A stretch of 64,000 nt of DNA from Felis catus (Eukaryota). The DNA is taken from contig NC_058368.1 in the NCBI RefSeq assembly GCF_018350175.1, forward strand, positions 89,282,001-89,346,000, read 5' to 3'. The notes beneath the pieces were generated by a model. It had not been told where the DNA came from. It saw only the letters and a program-made list of their open reading frames with translations, and did not search any database. Position 1 is the first letter of the stretch. Every line of letters starts with the position of its first letter. This document shows positions 24,016-36,711 of the stretch, piece after piece. The position numbers and the translations under genes are program-made.

Positions 24016-26399
24016 AATGCATGCAGCTGAATGCCTCTACACACAGAAGGTAGGGCTGGACATCCTCAGAACAGGAGGAACTTCAGCTGTAAAGTCTGAG
24101 GGACCTTATTTGTTCTGCTGGTTGGGTGATCCTACATCTAATATGACCAAGATAGTATTTAAAAGCTGTAGAAACAGCAATTTACTCCTATAGAACCACC
24201 ATGGACACACATACCCTATAACAGGGAATTTTTGGTGTTAAGGACACAAGTCCTTAGGCATGAGTCAGGGTGTGCTCCCCTATGTAGGGACAAGCTCACA
24301 CAGTCAATATCCCTGGCTATAGATCTGGGCAAGCCTATCATAGCGTAGGAAATCACCCTACCTTCACACAGAGAGACTGTCTTGTGAGGTCTCTGCATTT
24401 TCTCTTTGCAGGCAGATAAAGTAGAAATGAATACACCCTTCACAAATGTATCCTAGATACTACTATCATGCATTTGTGAGGAACACCTTTGTAATTTGTA
24501 AATACCTGAAAATATTTCTTTCTTTCTTTTTTCCTAACAGTATTTATTAGGTTATCACTCACTGTTCCTTACAAGAAAGAATTCAGCCATGAATTCTGTT
24601 CTGTTGTCAAGAACAACAGCTTCTTCAATGAGAGGCCCAGGATTTCTGTTCTCAGAACTTGGAGGTTGCAGCAGCATGTCACTTAATTGGGTTATTTTAT
24701 TAAGTCAGCACACATGTTTCTATATGTAGAAACATGGGAGGCTTTGCAGAGAAGTTCTCAGTGACACTTGGTGAAGATCTGAAGTGAGGGTGAGCCATGA
24801 AGATAGCTGGAGAAAGAACACTCCATGAAGAGGGAAGGATAAAGGTCCTAAGGTAGAAGTGTGTCTGGCTTGATCCAGGAAAGAATAAAGAGTTTCTTAT
24901 AGCAGAAACAGAGTAAGAGTAGAGGGTTGGGACCCAGCTTGAAGCATTGGGTGTGAGAAGGGTATCCATGAGGGTGGGTCATATAGGGCTTGGGGGCCTT
25001 GCAAGGGTTTGGCCTAGTTCTGGGTGTGTTGGGAGCCAATGGCGTATCTTGAGCCCAAGAGTGACATCATATGACTTGAGATTCCAGATGCTGGGACCAG
25101 ATGCTTAACTCTCCAGATGCTGGGTAGAGAAGCAGGGACACCAGTTGGGAGTATGCCATGAACCATAAATGCAACCCAAGGAGCACATCTCAGGCCAAAC
25201 AAATGTGGTGCAGGAAACCAGAGGGGAAAGGATCACCTGGCATGAGGGTCAGTTGGGACCCCTTAAATGGCAGAAGTAGGTTTGAGCTGAGTCCTGAAAG
25301 ACAACAACATTTTATGACAAGAGGAGTATGAAGAAAGGTAAGCCAGGTCAATGCAACAGTGTGAGCAAAACCAAAAGGGCAAACAGAAGTCATAGTTGGC
25401 AATCTGTAGTTGTCTGTTGAGGTGGAATGTAGGAATTATTTAGAAGGGGTTGGGGATGAAAAGCTGGAAACAGAGAGCAGGATCATGCCTGGACTTCAAT
25501 AGGTTAGAGGTGGAGCTCTGCTCACAGTCTTGAGCAGTGGCTTGGCCCACAGAGAGGTACTCTGGAAGGTGCCTACACTTGTGAGGCACCAGAAGGTGCT
25601 TAGATCAGGGTCATTGCATGAATGCTGGCAAAATGAAGATGCTTTGAATATAGTGGTGACACAAGGGAAGAAAATAGAGTCAGTTGTAAAAAGCAAGACT
25701 CTCCATTAAGGACAAATCAACAGGACCAGGAGAAAGTTGGATTTGAGGCACATGTATTCAGCATGGATCGTTTTGAGCTTGAATGATTGGGACAGTAAAA
25801 TATCATATTAAAGAAATATAATGAAAATAATAGATATTACTTTTCTAACACATGAAAGTGAAAATTAATGTTTAGTTTTTTTTTATTTGAAGTGTGAGAA
25901 AGAAATGTGATGGTATAAGTTCTGCAGAGAATTGGAAGTTTGAGGCAGTAGTTGGGGCTTGGGAGGGGTGTTTGCAATCTAATGATTTTGGTGTCATTTG
26001 GAGAGACAGCTAAGTCAATGGATTTTCATTCTCCTCTCCTTAAGCCTTATGGTAATCACTCCCAAGTCTTTCCTTGAGTCTTACAAGGTCAGAAATATAA
26101 TTATAATTTTCATCTGGCTTCAGGAATTTCATTTAAATTAATCAATTCATAAGGCAAGCACTTAACATGATCAGGTATTCATCGTGATAAGTGTTATATC
26201 TTATAAGAAACCACAACAGCCATTTAGCAAAAGGATTTCCAAGTTTTAAGAGTCTAGATTGTGGATCAGAAGGCTGTGCAGTGATCCAAGAATTACATAA
26301 AGGAAACTGGAAGTTCTTAACTGAGAATTTCTCTAAGATAAGATAGCTTGCCCTCTAAAAATATTTTTTGCCCAGAAACAACCTGATGTGGTAAGTATC

Positions 26400-26530
26400 A
26401 GAACTTTGGTTCCAAAAGCCTCTTCTCAAGTCTTGGTCATTTATTTACCAACCATGTAACCTTGGGCACTCCAGCCAACTCTAGAGAGCCTCATTTTCCT
26501 CATCTGTAGAAAAGGGTCTATTTAATAATC
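26400..26530 (+). mobile_element. MIR relic
   Basis: Core-like TGTAACCTTGGGCA...GCCTCATTTTCCTCATCTGTAGAAAAGGG. Confidence 0.65.
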
Positions 26531-26856
26531 AATCTCACTGTAACTTTGCTGCAGGATCTTACCATGAGGCCAAATAAAAAAATGGTTGGGAGTACTGTGG
26601 TATGAGTTGAATTTATATTTACTGACTGTGGATTTCCTGTCACTAGAACCAGAAAGGGAGCCCTGTCACTTCTCAGCAGATGAGAGATGGACTGACAAAC
26701 TGAACATGTTTGATTCATTGTTTCTAAGCAACTTGCAAATCACCACCTTTCCTTTTTTTTCACCATATTTCTGATATGACAAGATCACTTTATAAAATAG
26801 TGAAAGTCCAGTTTATTTATATCAATAATCAGGATTTGAGATGAAATATGAAAGGA

Positions 26857-27360
26857 TGTGGTAGACAGCCTCTAAGATGGTCCCATTGGTCCTCTTTCCT
26901 GGTTTTTGTGCCCTTGTGCTCTCCTCCCAGTGAGTGTGGGCTGGATTCAGTGATTCACTTCTAAATAATAGAATTCAGTTGAATTTATGGAATGTCACTT
27001 CCAGTATTAGGTTGTAAGACTGGCTTCTATCTAGGGTGGTTTTTGTTCTCACTCTCTCCAGGATCACTTGCCTTGGGAGAAGTCAGCTGCCATGCTGTGA
27101 GGCAGTCTCATGAAGAGGGAGCAAGGCCTACAAACAGCCACATGAATGATCTTGAAAGTGGAACCTCATCAGTCCAGCCCTGAGAGGACTGCAGCTTGTT
27201 TGACAGCTTCACAGTAACCCTCTGAGAGACCTTATGCCAGAGACACTCAGTTAAGCTTCATCCACATTCCTGACCCATAGAAACTGTAAGATGATAAATG
27301 ATTGTCATTTTATTTCAAATGCTAGATTTTGGAGCTATTTATTGCATAGCTAATGGCTAA
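26857..27360 (+). mobile_element. MaLR LTR (MLT1, probably MLT1F-like)
   Basis: Begins TGTGGTAGACAGCCTCTAAGATGG; contains GAGTGTGGGCTGGA and the typical 3' end CCTGACCCATAGAAACTGTAAGATGATAAAT. Confidence 0.75.
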
Positions 27361-27498
27361 TTGCATTAGCTAACATATAGTTAATGCAAATTTAAGGAAA
27401 AAGACTGCACTGCTGTGTCACTTGCAGAACCATGAACATTCCAGATAGGGCAGCACTGAATGGATAGGGGACAGGTGAAATTAGAAAGAGGCTGATGA

Positions 27499-28096
27499 CA
27501 CTCTGGAAAACAGTGTGGAGGTTCCTCAAAAAATTAACAATAGATCTACCCTATGACCCAGCAATAGCACTGCTAGGAATTTATCCAAGGGATACAGGAG
27601 TACTGATGCATAGGGGCAGTTTTATCACAATGTTCATAGCAGCACTTTCAACAATAGCCAAATTATGGAAACAGCCTAAATATCCACCAACTGATGAATG
27701 GATAAAGAAATTGTGGTTTATATACACAATGCAATACTACATGGCAATGAGAAAGAATGAAATATGGCCCTTTGTAGCAACGTGGATGGAACTGGAGAGT
27801 GTGATGCTAAGTGAAATAAGCCATACAGAGAAAGACAGATACCAAATGTTTTCACTCTTATGTGGATCCTGAGAAACTTAACAGAAGACCATGGGGGAGT
27901 GGGAGGGAAAAAAGTTAGAGAGGGAGAGAGCCAAACCATGAGAGACTCCTAAAAACTGAGAATAAACTGAGGGTTGATGGGGTGGGAGGGAGGGAGGGTG
28001 GGTGATGGGCATTGAGGAAGGCACCTGTTGGGATGAGCACTGGGTGTTGTATGGAAACAAGTGTGACAATAAATTTTATATTAAAAAACAAAGAAA
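27499..28096 (+). mobile_element. 5'-truncated L1
   Basis: ORF2 C-terminus ([14 protein letters not shown]) and 3'UTR; 16-bp TSD AGAAAGAGGCTGATGA (27483-27498, 28097-28112). Confidence 0.95.
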
Positions 28097-29239
28097 AGAA
28101 AGAGGCTGATGAGAGAGAGAACAAGGAGAAGCCTAAAAACTGGAAGTGTTTTTGAGGGAAAAGACAAGGTTCAACTGGGTGAGAGAGTGAGGACAACAAT
28201 AAAAGAAAGAGTTGTGTCAGAATAGTATGATGTTTTCCATTTAATTACTTATAATCATTTATTATTTTATTTTCCTTGGATTGTGACTATACTCAAGGGA
28301 GTTTTAATATGCATAGCTTTTATTTCTTAACTTGGCTTTTGTTCATGTAAAATTGGGTCATGTTTCCTTATTATGCTCCTTAGTAAGATATTTAGGGGAA
28401 AAAATATTGACCAAAGATCAAGAGAAATCCATTTTAATTGACATTCTCCAATAACTTAATTGGAATTTTTATAAGGCCATGAGTAAAAGCCATGTCCAAG
28501 GTATTAGTCAGAAATATCTTGTAAAGAAGGCTCTTTGATGTCTACTAAAGATAACTTAGGTAGGTAGATATTACCTGTTTATCAGTCAACTTTTACTGAA
28601 ACCGAATCCTGGGATTATTTTAAAAATCTCAGCATAACTGAATACCTCACTGTTCTTAATAGATTTGGGCACCAAACTTGCTTTTCCACATTGGCCTCAT
28701 GACTTTCCTGTCACCCCCAAAATAATTGACAATAATGGCATCTAATTATAACTCTTCCTTCTCATGTGAGGCATGAAAGATACTTCCTTTATCAATATTA
28801 TAAATATACCAGATTGGCTAGACTGATAACACTCTCAGAACATAAAAAAAAAGATATACAGGTTAAAGAGCAGCTCAAGCTTCATACAATTCCTTTTCCA
28901 TTGTGCATATAAATGGTCTTTTGGACTGAGATGTACAGTCCTGCTTGAGATAGTTTACCAAGTCTGTGTGATATCATAAAAGATTCAGTATCATATGATA
29001 AAGCCAAGATTTTGCTTGCAGAAATGATAAATTCTTCCTAGTAAAGATATACACAAATACAGATACTTGGTCCATGCTATAAACTAGGATAACTTTTATT
29101 GCTGTTAGATGGAAATATGAAGGAGTGTCCTTCCTATGTCTCAAAGCTTATGTTGTTAAAGTTTCATGAGTTACAAACAAAACAGGTGGTTGAAGATGTA
29201 GAATGCAGAGGTAATATAGAAATATCAGTCAATCCAATA

Positions 29240-29259
29240 TTTTTTGTCCACGCTGTTAG
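29240..29259 (+). other. Probable splice acceptor of the OR coding exon
   Basis: TTTTTTGTCCACGCTGTTAG ends 24 nt before the ATG, the usual layout for OR genes with non-coding 5' exons. Confidence 0.6.
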
Positions 29260-29283
29260 GTGACCAGAAACATCAACTAAACC

Positions 29284-30231
29284 ATGGAGATATGGTTGAA
29301 TCAATCATCCACAGACGACTTCATCCTCTTGGGCATTTTTTCTCACAGTCCAACTGACCTTGTCCTCTTCTCTGTTGTTATGGTGGTCTTCACAGTGGCC
29401 CTCTGTGGTAATGTCCTCCTCCTCTTCCTCATCTATGGAGATCCTCAACTTCACACACCCATGTACTTCTTCCTCAGTCAGCTCTCCCTCATGGACCTCA
29501 TATTGGTCTGTACCAATGTGCCGAAGATGGTGGTCAATTTCCTGACTGGCAGGAAGTCCATCTCCTTTGTGGGTTGTGGCATACAAATTGGCCTCTTTGT
29601 GTGTCTTGTGGGATCTGAAGGGTTCTTGCTGGGATTCATGGCTTATGACCGCTATGTAGCCATTAGCCACCCACTTCACTATCCTGTCCTCATGAGTCAG
29701 AGGGTCTGTCTTCAAATTGTTGGGAGCTCCTGGGCCTTTGGAATAATAGATGGTGTGATACAGATGGTGGTAGTAATGACTTTCCCATACTGTGGCTTGA
29801 GAGAAGTGAACCACTTCTTTTGTGAGATGCTTTCCTTGTTGAAACTAGCCTGTATAGACACATCCATTTTTGAGAACGTGATATATGCTTGCTGTGTCTT
29901 CATGCTGTTTCTTCCCTTCTCAATCACCATGGCCTCCTATGCTTTCATCCTGAGGGCTGTGCTCCTCATGCGCTCTGCTCAGGCAGGCAAGAAGGCTCTG
30001 GCCACCTGTTCCTCTCACCTAACAGCTGTCTCCCTCTTCTACGGGGCAGCCATGTTCATCTACCTGAGGCCTCGGCGCTACCGGGTGCCTAGTCATGACA
30101 AGGTGGTCTCTATTTTCTACACAGTCCTTACTCCTATGCTCAACCCCCTCATTTATAGCTTGAGAAACCGCGATGTGATGAGGGCCCTAAGGAAGGGGCT
30201 GGACCATTGCAGGATTAGCAGCCAGCACTGA
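29284..30231 (+). CDS. OR2V2: Olfactory receptor, family 2 subfamily V (OR2V2-like), intact, 315 aa
   Basis: OR motifs LHTPMYFFLSQLS, MAYDRYVAI, HFFCE, KALATCSSHL, PMLNPLIYSLRN; N-glycosylation sequon NQS; Kozak accATGG. Closely resembles human OR2V2 from recall, including the C-terminal SQH. Exact orthology is not verified. Confidence 0.92.
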   Translation: MEIWLNQSSTDDFILLGIFSHSPTDLVLFSVVMVVFTVALCGNVLLLFLIYGDPQLHTPMYFFLSQLSLMDLILVCTNVPKMVVNFLTGRKSISFVGCGIQIGLFVCLVGSEGFLLGFMAYDRYVAISHPLHYPVLMSQRVCLQIVGSSWAFGIIDGVIQMVVVMTFPYCGLREVNHFFCEMLSLLKLACIDTSIFENVIYACCVFMLFLPFSITMASYAFILRAVLLMRSAQAGKKALATCSSHLTAVSLFYGAAMFIYLRPRRYRVPSHDKVVSIFYTVLTPMLNPLIYSLRNRDVMRALRKGLDHCRISSQH

Positions 30232-30338
30232 ACACAACACAGGGCATCCTTGTGTCTGGCAGTGTCATCTCCTTGTTCTGTAAATTCGGGTAAATAATCT
30301 TTGTGTGAGGCTCTGTTTCCTCATAATAGTGATGATCA

Positions 30339-30475
30339 GGGTCACCTAGATGGCTCAGTTGGTTAGGTGTCCAACTGTTGATTATCAGCTCAGGTCATGA
30401 TCTCACTAGTTCATGAGATCAAGCTCCACCTCCAGCTCTGTGCTTGAGATTCTCTCTCTGCCCTCCCCAACTGTG

Positions 30476-30526
<51 letters not shown>

Positions 30527-30580
30527 TATCTCAAAATAAATAAATGAACATTAAAAATGTTTAATAAAATGAAATAAAAA
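30339..30580 (+). mobile_element. Can-SINE with expanded (CT)n, ~110 nt after the OR stop codon
   Basis: SINE head, (CT)n at 30482-30522, AATAAA-containing tail; TSD-like GTGATGATCA on both sides. Confidence 0.9.
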
Positions 30581-31065
30581 TGGTGATGATCATAACACCT
30601 GAAGGCTTGGGGATGTCTTTTTAAACCCTAAACCCTCTCTATGTCTAGTGAAAAACCAGCTTTTTTTTTAACCCAATATTTTGTGAGTTATTTCACTTTT
30701 AAAATACATTACACTGGAATATAGGATTTTGTAAATTCAAGCACTGTGCAGAAGTAAGTCATTGGAATCATTAGCACTTATTATTTAAAACTGGAATTAT
30801 TCTCTATCAGAGGCTGCCCTGAGCTTAATTTCTTAACTCTTATTGCTAATCTCTACCATTGAATTCAGAACCTACTATATGCCAGGCAACATACTATGTT
30901 CCATATGTGTATATATAGATACCATTTGTCTCTGATTTATATAAGGTCTCACACTAGTGTCTTAGATGAAAAACAAGCTTATAAAATTCTCTTTAGAGAG
31001 TGCTCCCCCTTGACATCTGGAACTGGGAAACTTTTTTTAACATATAAGTGGGGGTTTTTGGCTTT

Positions 31066-32070
31066 TTAAGTTTTTAATTCCAGTTAGTTCATGTGCAGTG
31101 TTACATTAGTTTCAGGTGTACAATATAGTAATTCAACACTTCCATACATTACCCTGTGCTCATCACAAGTGCACTCCTTAATCCCCATCATCTATTTCAT
31201 CCACCACCACCACCACCCCCGTAACTATCAGCTTGTTCCCTATAGTTAAGAGTGTTTCTTGATTTCTCTAAGAGTCTGTTTCTTGATTTGTTTTTTCTTT
31301 TGCTTGTTTGTTTAATTTCCTAAATTCCACATATGAGTGAAATCATATATTTGTCTTTCTCTGACTGACTTATTTCACTTAGCTTTATATTCTCTAGCTC
31401 CATTAATGTCATTGCAAATGGCAAGATGTCTTTCTTTTTTATGGCTGAATAGAATTTCATTTATATATACCACATCTTTATCCATTCCTCTATCGATGGA
31501 CATTTGGGCTGCTTCTATATCTTGGCTATTGTAGATATGCTAATATAGACATTGGGGGGCATGTATCCCTTTGAATTAGTATTTTTGTATTTTTGGGGCA
31601 GGTACCTAGTGCTGCAGTTTCTCAATCATAAGGTAATTCTACTTTTAACTTATTTTTCAATGAATTTATTGTCAAATTAGCTAATATACAGAGTATACAG
31701 TGTGCTCTGGGCCTCAGGAGTAGATGCCCATGATTCATCACTTACTTACAACACCCAGTGCTCATGCCAACAAGTGCTCTCCTCAACTTTTTGAGGAACC
31801 TCCTTACTGTTTTCCAGGATGATTGCACCAATTTGTATTCCCACCAATGGTGCAAGAGTGTTCCTTTATCTCCACATCCTCGCCAACACCTGTTGTTTCT
31901 TGTATTGGTGATTTTAGCCATTCTGACAGATGTGAGATGATATCACATTATAATTTTGATTTGCATTTCCCATTGGTAAGTAATGATGAACATAATTTCA
32001 TGTGTCTGTTTGCCATCTGTATGTCTTCTTTGGAGAAATGTCCGTTCGTGTCTTCTGCTCATTTTTTAAT
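31066..32070 (-). mobile_element. Older carnivore L1 3' portion, with a second L1 3'-end nested at ~31652-31785
   Basis: Reverse complement of L1 3'UTR and ORF2 C-terminus; host sequence is interrupted between two AACTT copies. Confidence 0.85.
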
Positions 32071-33457
32071 AGATTATTTTTGTGACCAGGAACTGTACAC
32101 AGATTTATTGAAGTCTTTATATTCTTTAAAGAATAAAGTGCAAAGTCTTTGGGATTCTTGGGGAAAGGGGTAAAGACTCATTTATTGTCTGGCACATAAG
32201 AAATATACAGGAAAGTGCTCTCTATATAATCCTCCAGCAAAATTAGCCACTTTTTACCACTTCAGTTTCTGTAACTGGAAAACTCAGTACACTGTTTTCC
32301 CATGGGAAGTTATGTTTGGAATATAAATGCCAGAATTTTATTTTTATTTGAAAATATATTTTCAAATGTCTATATTTAAGTTATAGGTGTTATTTTTATC
32401 CATCCATTTAAACTCTCTACAGCTTATGTACACATTTGTAATAAAACTATCTTTTTCTGGGAAAAAATATTCTTTGTTGCATGCAGGGAAAAAAAGAGAG
32501 GACTGTTTGGGTTCTGGAAGTTGGACTAAACCACAGGAAGTCATTTGCTCAGTTTTCAGGCTTGAAGAGAATGGAGGGCAGCAACTCTAATAGCAACTAC
32601 AATTCTTAGGACCTACCATGGGGAGGCAACTTTAGATTGTCTATTCACTTTAATTTCACTACATTTTGTGAACACTATTATATGCCTCTTACAGGCAAGG
32701 ACACTTGGGCTCAATTTAAGTGCCTTACCTTACCCTCATTCCTCAATTCTCTCCACCTCTCCCTGAGACAGAGTCTGTTTGTTGGAGCACCTGAGATCCG
32801 CAGAGTACTTTGCAGGAGGTTCCCTTCCCTTGGAATTTAATTGCCAGACATTGGCGACAGAGATGTGAGAGAGGAGAGGTCTCCAAGGATTTGTGAAAAT
32901 ACGAGCAACTTTCCTTAATCTCAGCAGAGTGAAGAACAGTGGGTGCAAATAGGCGTGTCAGGGAATAAAACCTCTCAGCTGGGCGCTGGACCTGGCTCAG
33001 TGTTTCTTCCACCAGTGAGGCTCTGTTTCCTCATTGCTCATTCCTCAATCTTAGCATTTCTTCAAAACCTTTACACAGCCTTTGTGAGAGGCATTATTTC
33101 CTGCTTGTGGAAATATTTGCAGTGCCCAAAATACCTCAGTTAACACCCTTTTTCATGGGATATGAGGAGATTCTGGAGTATTCACCACACAAGACTTTTC
33201 TCTTGGAAATTTCTCTTCTCTCCATTTCTTAGGTCCCTCCTTCTGTTTCAGTCCCATTTCCTTCAAGAATATGGAGGTGCACTGGCTTTCCTTCACTGAC
33301 ACCCTGTTGCAGACCTACCTGACTAATCAGAGCAGCCCTCGCTTGGTGAATTCTGCTCTCCAAGGGCATACGGCTCTAGATGGGACCTGCCCTCCTGACT
33401 CCCCAGCTCTTCCTGGTGCCATTGATTAGGATGTTTTCATTAAGGGCCTTCCTTTCT

Positions 33458-36400
33458 ATTTTTTTGTATGAACATTTTATTTTATTTTATTTTTTAATAT
33501 GAAATTTATTGTCAAATTGGTTTCCATACAACACCCATCGGTCATCCCAACAGGTGCCCTCCTCAATACCCATCACCCACCCTCCCCTCCCTCCTACCCC
33601 CCATCAACCCTCAGTTTGTTCTTAGTTTTTATTTTTTTAATATGAATTTATTGTCAAATTGGTTTCCATACAACACCCAGTGCAGATCCCAAAAGGTACC
33701 CTCCTCGATACCCATCACCCACCCTACCCTCCCTCCCACCCCCCATCAACCCTCAGTTTATTCTCAGTTTTTAGCAGTCTCTCATGGTTTGGCTCTCTCC
33801 CTAACCTTTTTTTTCCTTCTCCTCCCCCATGGTCTTCTGTTAATTTTTTCAGGATCCACATAAGAGTGAAAAGATTTGGTATCTGTCTTTCTCTGTATGA
33901 CTTATTTCACTTAGCATAACACTCTCCAGTTCCAACCACATTACTACCAAAGGCCATATTTCATTCTTTCTCATTGCCATGTAGTATTCCATTGTGTATA
34001 TAAACCACAATTTCTTTATCCATTCATCAGCTGATGGACATTTAGGCTCTTTCCAATTTGGCTATTGTTGAAAGTGCTGTTATAAACATTGGGGTACAAG
34101 TGCCCCTATGCATCAGCACTCCTGTATCCCTTGGGTAAATTCCTAGCAGTGCTATTGCTGGGTCATAGAGTAGTTTTATTTTTAATTTTTTGAGGAACCT
34201 CCACACTGTTTGCCAGAGTGACTGCACCAGTTTGCATTCCCACCAACAGTGCAAGAGGGTTCCTGTTTCTCCACATCCTCACCAGCATCTATAGTCTCCT
34301 GATTTGTTCATTTTGGCCACTCTGGCGTGAGGTGGTAACTCAGTGTGGTTTTGATTTGTATTTCCCTGATAAGGAGCGACGTTGAGCATCTTTTCATGTG
34401 CCTGTTGGCCATCCGGATGTCTTCTTTAGAGGAGTGTCTATTCATGTCTTCTGCCCATTTCTTCACTGGATTATTTGTTTTTCAAGCGTGGAGTTTGGTG
34501 AGTTCTGTATAGATTTTGGATACTAGCCCTTTGTCTCCTACGTCATTTGCAAATATCTTTTCCCATTCTGTCGGTTGCCTTTTAGTTTTGTTGGTTGTTT
34601 CCTTTGCAATGCAGAAACTTTTATCTTCGTGAGGTCCCAATAGTTCCTTTTTGCTTTTAATTCCCTTGCCTTTGGGGATGTGTCAAGTAAGAAATTGCTG
34701 CGGCTGAAGTCAGAGAGGTTTTTTCCTGCTTTCCCGTCTAGGGTTTTGATGGTTTCCTGTCTCACATTCAGGTCCTTTATCCATTTTGAGTTTATTTTTG
34801 TGTATGGTGTAAGAAAGTGGTCTAGTTTCATTCTTTTGCGTGTTGCTGTCCAGTTCTCCCAGCACCATTTGTTAAAGAGACTGTCTTTTTTCTATTGGAT
34901 ATTCTTTCCTTCTTTGTCAAACATTAGTTGGCCATACTCTGTGGGTCCAATTCTAGAGTCTATATTCTATTCCATTGGTCTTTATGTCTGTTTTTGTGCC
35001 AATACCATGCTGTCTTGATGATTACAGCTTTGTAGTAGAGGCTAAAGTCTGGGATTGTGATGCCTCCAGCTTTGGTCTTCTTCTTCAAAATTACTTTGGC
35101 TATTCAGGGTCTTTTGTGGTTCCATACAAATTTTAGGATTGCTTGTTCTAGCTTCAAGAAGAATGCTGGTGCAATTTTGATTGGGATTGCATTGAATGTG
35201 TAGATAGCTTTGGGTAGTATTGACATTTTAACAATTTTTATTCTTCCAATCCATGAGCACGGAATGTTTTTCCATGTTTTTTATATCATCTTCAACTTTC
35301 TTCATAAGCTTCCTATAGTTTTCAACATACAGATCTTTTACATCTTTGGTTAGGTTTATTCCCAGGTATTTTATGCTTCTTGGTGCAATTGTGAATGGGA
35401 TCAGTTTCTTTATTTGTCTTTCTGTCGCTTCATTATTAGTGTATAAGAATGCAACTGATTTCTGTACATTAATTTTGTATCCTGAGACTTTGCTGAATTC
35501 ACGTATCATTTCTAGCAGACTTTTGGTGGAGTGTATTCGCATTTCCATGTATAATATCATGTCATCTGCAAAAAGTGAATGCTTGACTTCATCTTTGCCA
35601 ATTTTGATGTCTTTGATTTCCTTTTGTTGTCTGATTGCTGATGCTAGAACTTCCAACACTATATTAAACAACATTGGTGAGAGTGGACATCCCTGTCATG
35701 TTCCTGATCTCAGGGGGAAGGCTCTCAGTTTCTCCCCATTGAGGATGACGTTAGCTGTGGGCTTTTCATAAATGGCTTTTATGATGTTTAAGTATGTTCC
35801 TTCTATCCTGACTTTCTTGAGGGTTTTTATTGAGAAAGGATGTTGAATTTTGTCAAATTCTTTTTCTGCATTGATTGACAGGATCATATGGTTCTTGTCT
35901 TTTCTTTTATTAATGTGACGTATCACATACATTGATTTGCGAATGTTGAACAAGCCCTGCAGCCCAGGAATGAATGCCACTTGATCATGGTGAATAATTC
36001 TTTTTATATGCTGTTGAATTCGATTTGCTAGTATCTTGCTGAGAATTGTTGCATCTATATTCGTCAGGGATATTGGCCTGTAGTTCTCTTTTTTTTGCTG
36101 GGTCTCTTTATGGTTTGGGAATCATAGTAATTCTGGCTTCATAGGATGAGACTGGAAGTTTTCCTTCCCTTTCTATGTTTTGGAACAGCTTGAGAAGGTT
36201 AGGTATTATCTCTGCTTTAAATGTCTGGTAGAATTCCCCAGAGAAGCCATCTGGTCCTGGACTCTTATTTTTGGGGAGATTTTTGATGACTGATTCAATT
36301 TCTTCCCTGGTTATGGGTCTGTTCAAGCTTTATATTTCCTCCTGATTGAGTTTTGGTAGTGTGTGGGTGCTTAGGAATTTGTCCATTTCTTCCAGGTTGT

Positions 36401-36533
36401 CCAGTTTGTTGGCACATAATTTTTTATAGTATTCCCTGATACTTGCTTGTATTTCTGAGGGATTGCTTGTAATAATTCCATTTTCAATCATGATTTTATC
36501 TATTTGGGTCATCTCCCTTTTCTTTTTGAGAAG
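33458..36533 (-). mobile_element. 5'-truncated L1 'E' (~3.1 kb) with a doubled 3' terminus
   Basis: Minus-strand ORF2 fragments including [10 protein letters not shown]; perfect 17-bp TSD TAAGGGCCTTCCTTTCT (33441-33457, 36534-36550). Confidence 0.95.
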
Positions 36534-36711
36534 TAAGGGCCTTCCTTTCTGAATAATTTCATTTACCATTTCTGTCATCGGATGTTTAAAAATGTTTGCT
36601 CTTAATTCATGATTAAAAACTTTTAAATAAAGGGAAGATTGAATCATATATTTCTTTTCTGTATGGGGTTGTAAAAGTTTTGTTTTTTCATCATTAAAAA
36701 TAATATTCACA

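Noticed and set aside
29305..29814. 169-aa ORF antisense to the OR gene
   Set aside because: Shadow frame of the OR coding sequence; no independent coding signal.
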